Part shown: one piece after another, positions 63,680 to 64,000 of the stretch | Numbering within the stretch: position 1 is the stretch's first letter | Layout of the letters: each line of letters opens with the position of its first letter | Origin: Leptolyngbyaceae cyanobacterium | Lineage (GTDB): Bacteria > Cyanobacteriota > Cyanobacteriia > Phormidesmidales > Phormidesmidaceae | NCBI GenBank assembly: GCA_050331235.1 | Contig: JBHJHA010000035.1 | Coordinates: 32,001 to 96,000 of the forward strand | Reading direction: 5' to 3' | DNA: 64,000 nucleotides | Notes under the pieces: generated by a model | The model's input: only the letters and a program-made list of their open reading frames with translations | Told to the model about the DNA's origin: nothing | Database searches by the model: none | Position numbers and translations under genes: made by a program

Positions 63680-64000
63680 TGGCTTAGAACAAACTTTAAA
63701 GGGGCTCTGTAGTCATACAGGAGCGTTGAGCACATTCCACATGGGTGGATGAATTTGTGCATTTAGCTGGGCTAGGCGGCACTGCCCAAAGCTGTGCTCA
63801 CGTCCTCTCGCTGTCGATAGATTTTTTTGATTTGCACCCTTCTCCCATATAGGCACGGAGTTTCGCAAACCCGATAAAAGTTTTGCTTAATTTCACAGAC
63901 GAAGATGGCAGGCTGAAACTGTGAGCCGTCGCTAATTTCTACCAGTGGTGGGAGATGCTCAATAGTCGGCCAGAGATCGCCAACCGCGATCGCGATACCG

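Overview
Chromosomal window from a cyanobacterium: HIP1 (GCGATCGC) is abundant and psaK, petG, apcF, cytM, pxcA and ado-aar are present. Most of it is core genome: the alkane cluster ado-aar-accA-SDR-folE, trpF, glnA with a canonical NtcA promoter, apcF, petG (absent from the ORF track), ispE, rsmA, glmS and dnaX. No tRNA, rRNA, CRISPR array or transposase was seen. Six things stand out. (1) 59.4-63.7 kb holds a possible three-part signalling module: an orphan PhnD-type binding lipoprotein, a soluble class III cyclase-Ser/Thr kinase fusion with a duplicated C-terminal domain, and a heme-c/HAMP membrane sensor with no output domain. (2) An unannotated protein at 40.2-41.3 kb has the Cys/His/Cys motif order of LCIB-type (theta) carbonic anhydrases. 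(3) A decaying toxin/defence cassette cluster lies downstream of glmS, delimited by HIP1-anchored degenerate repeats. (4) dnaX has an in-frame TGA at a zinc-module Cys. (5) A cNMP/pseudo-AAA/membrane-ferredoxin protein is divergent from ado. (6) A MITE-like repeat occurs twice. All family calls come from motif recognition by eye; no database search was run.
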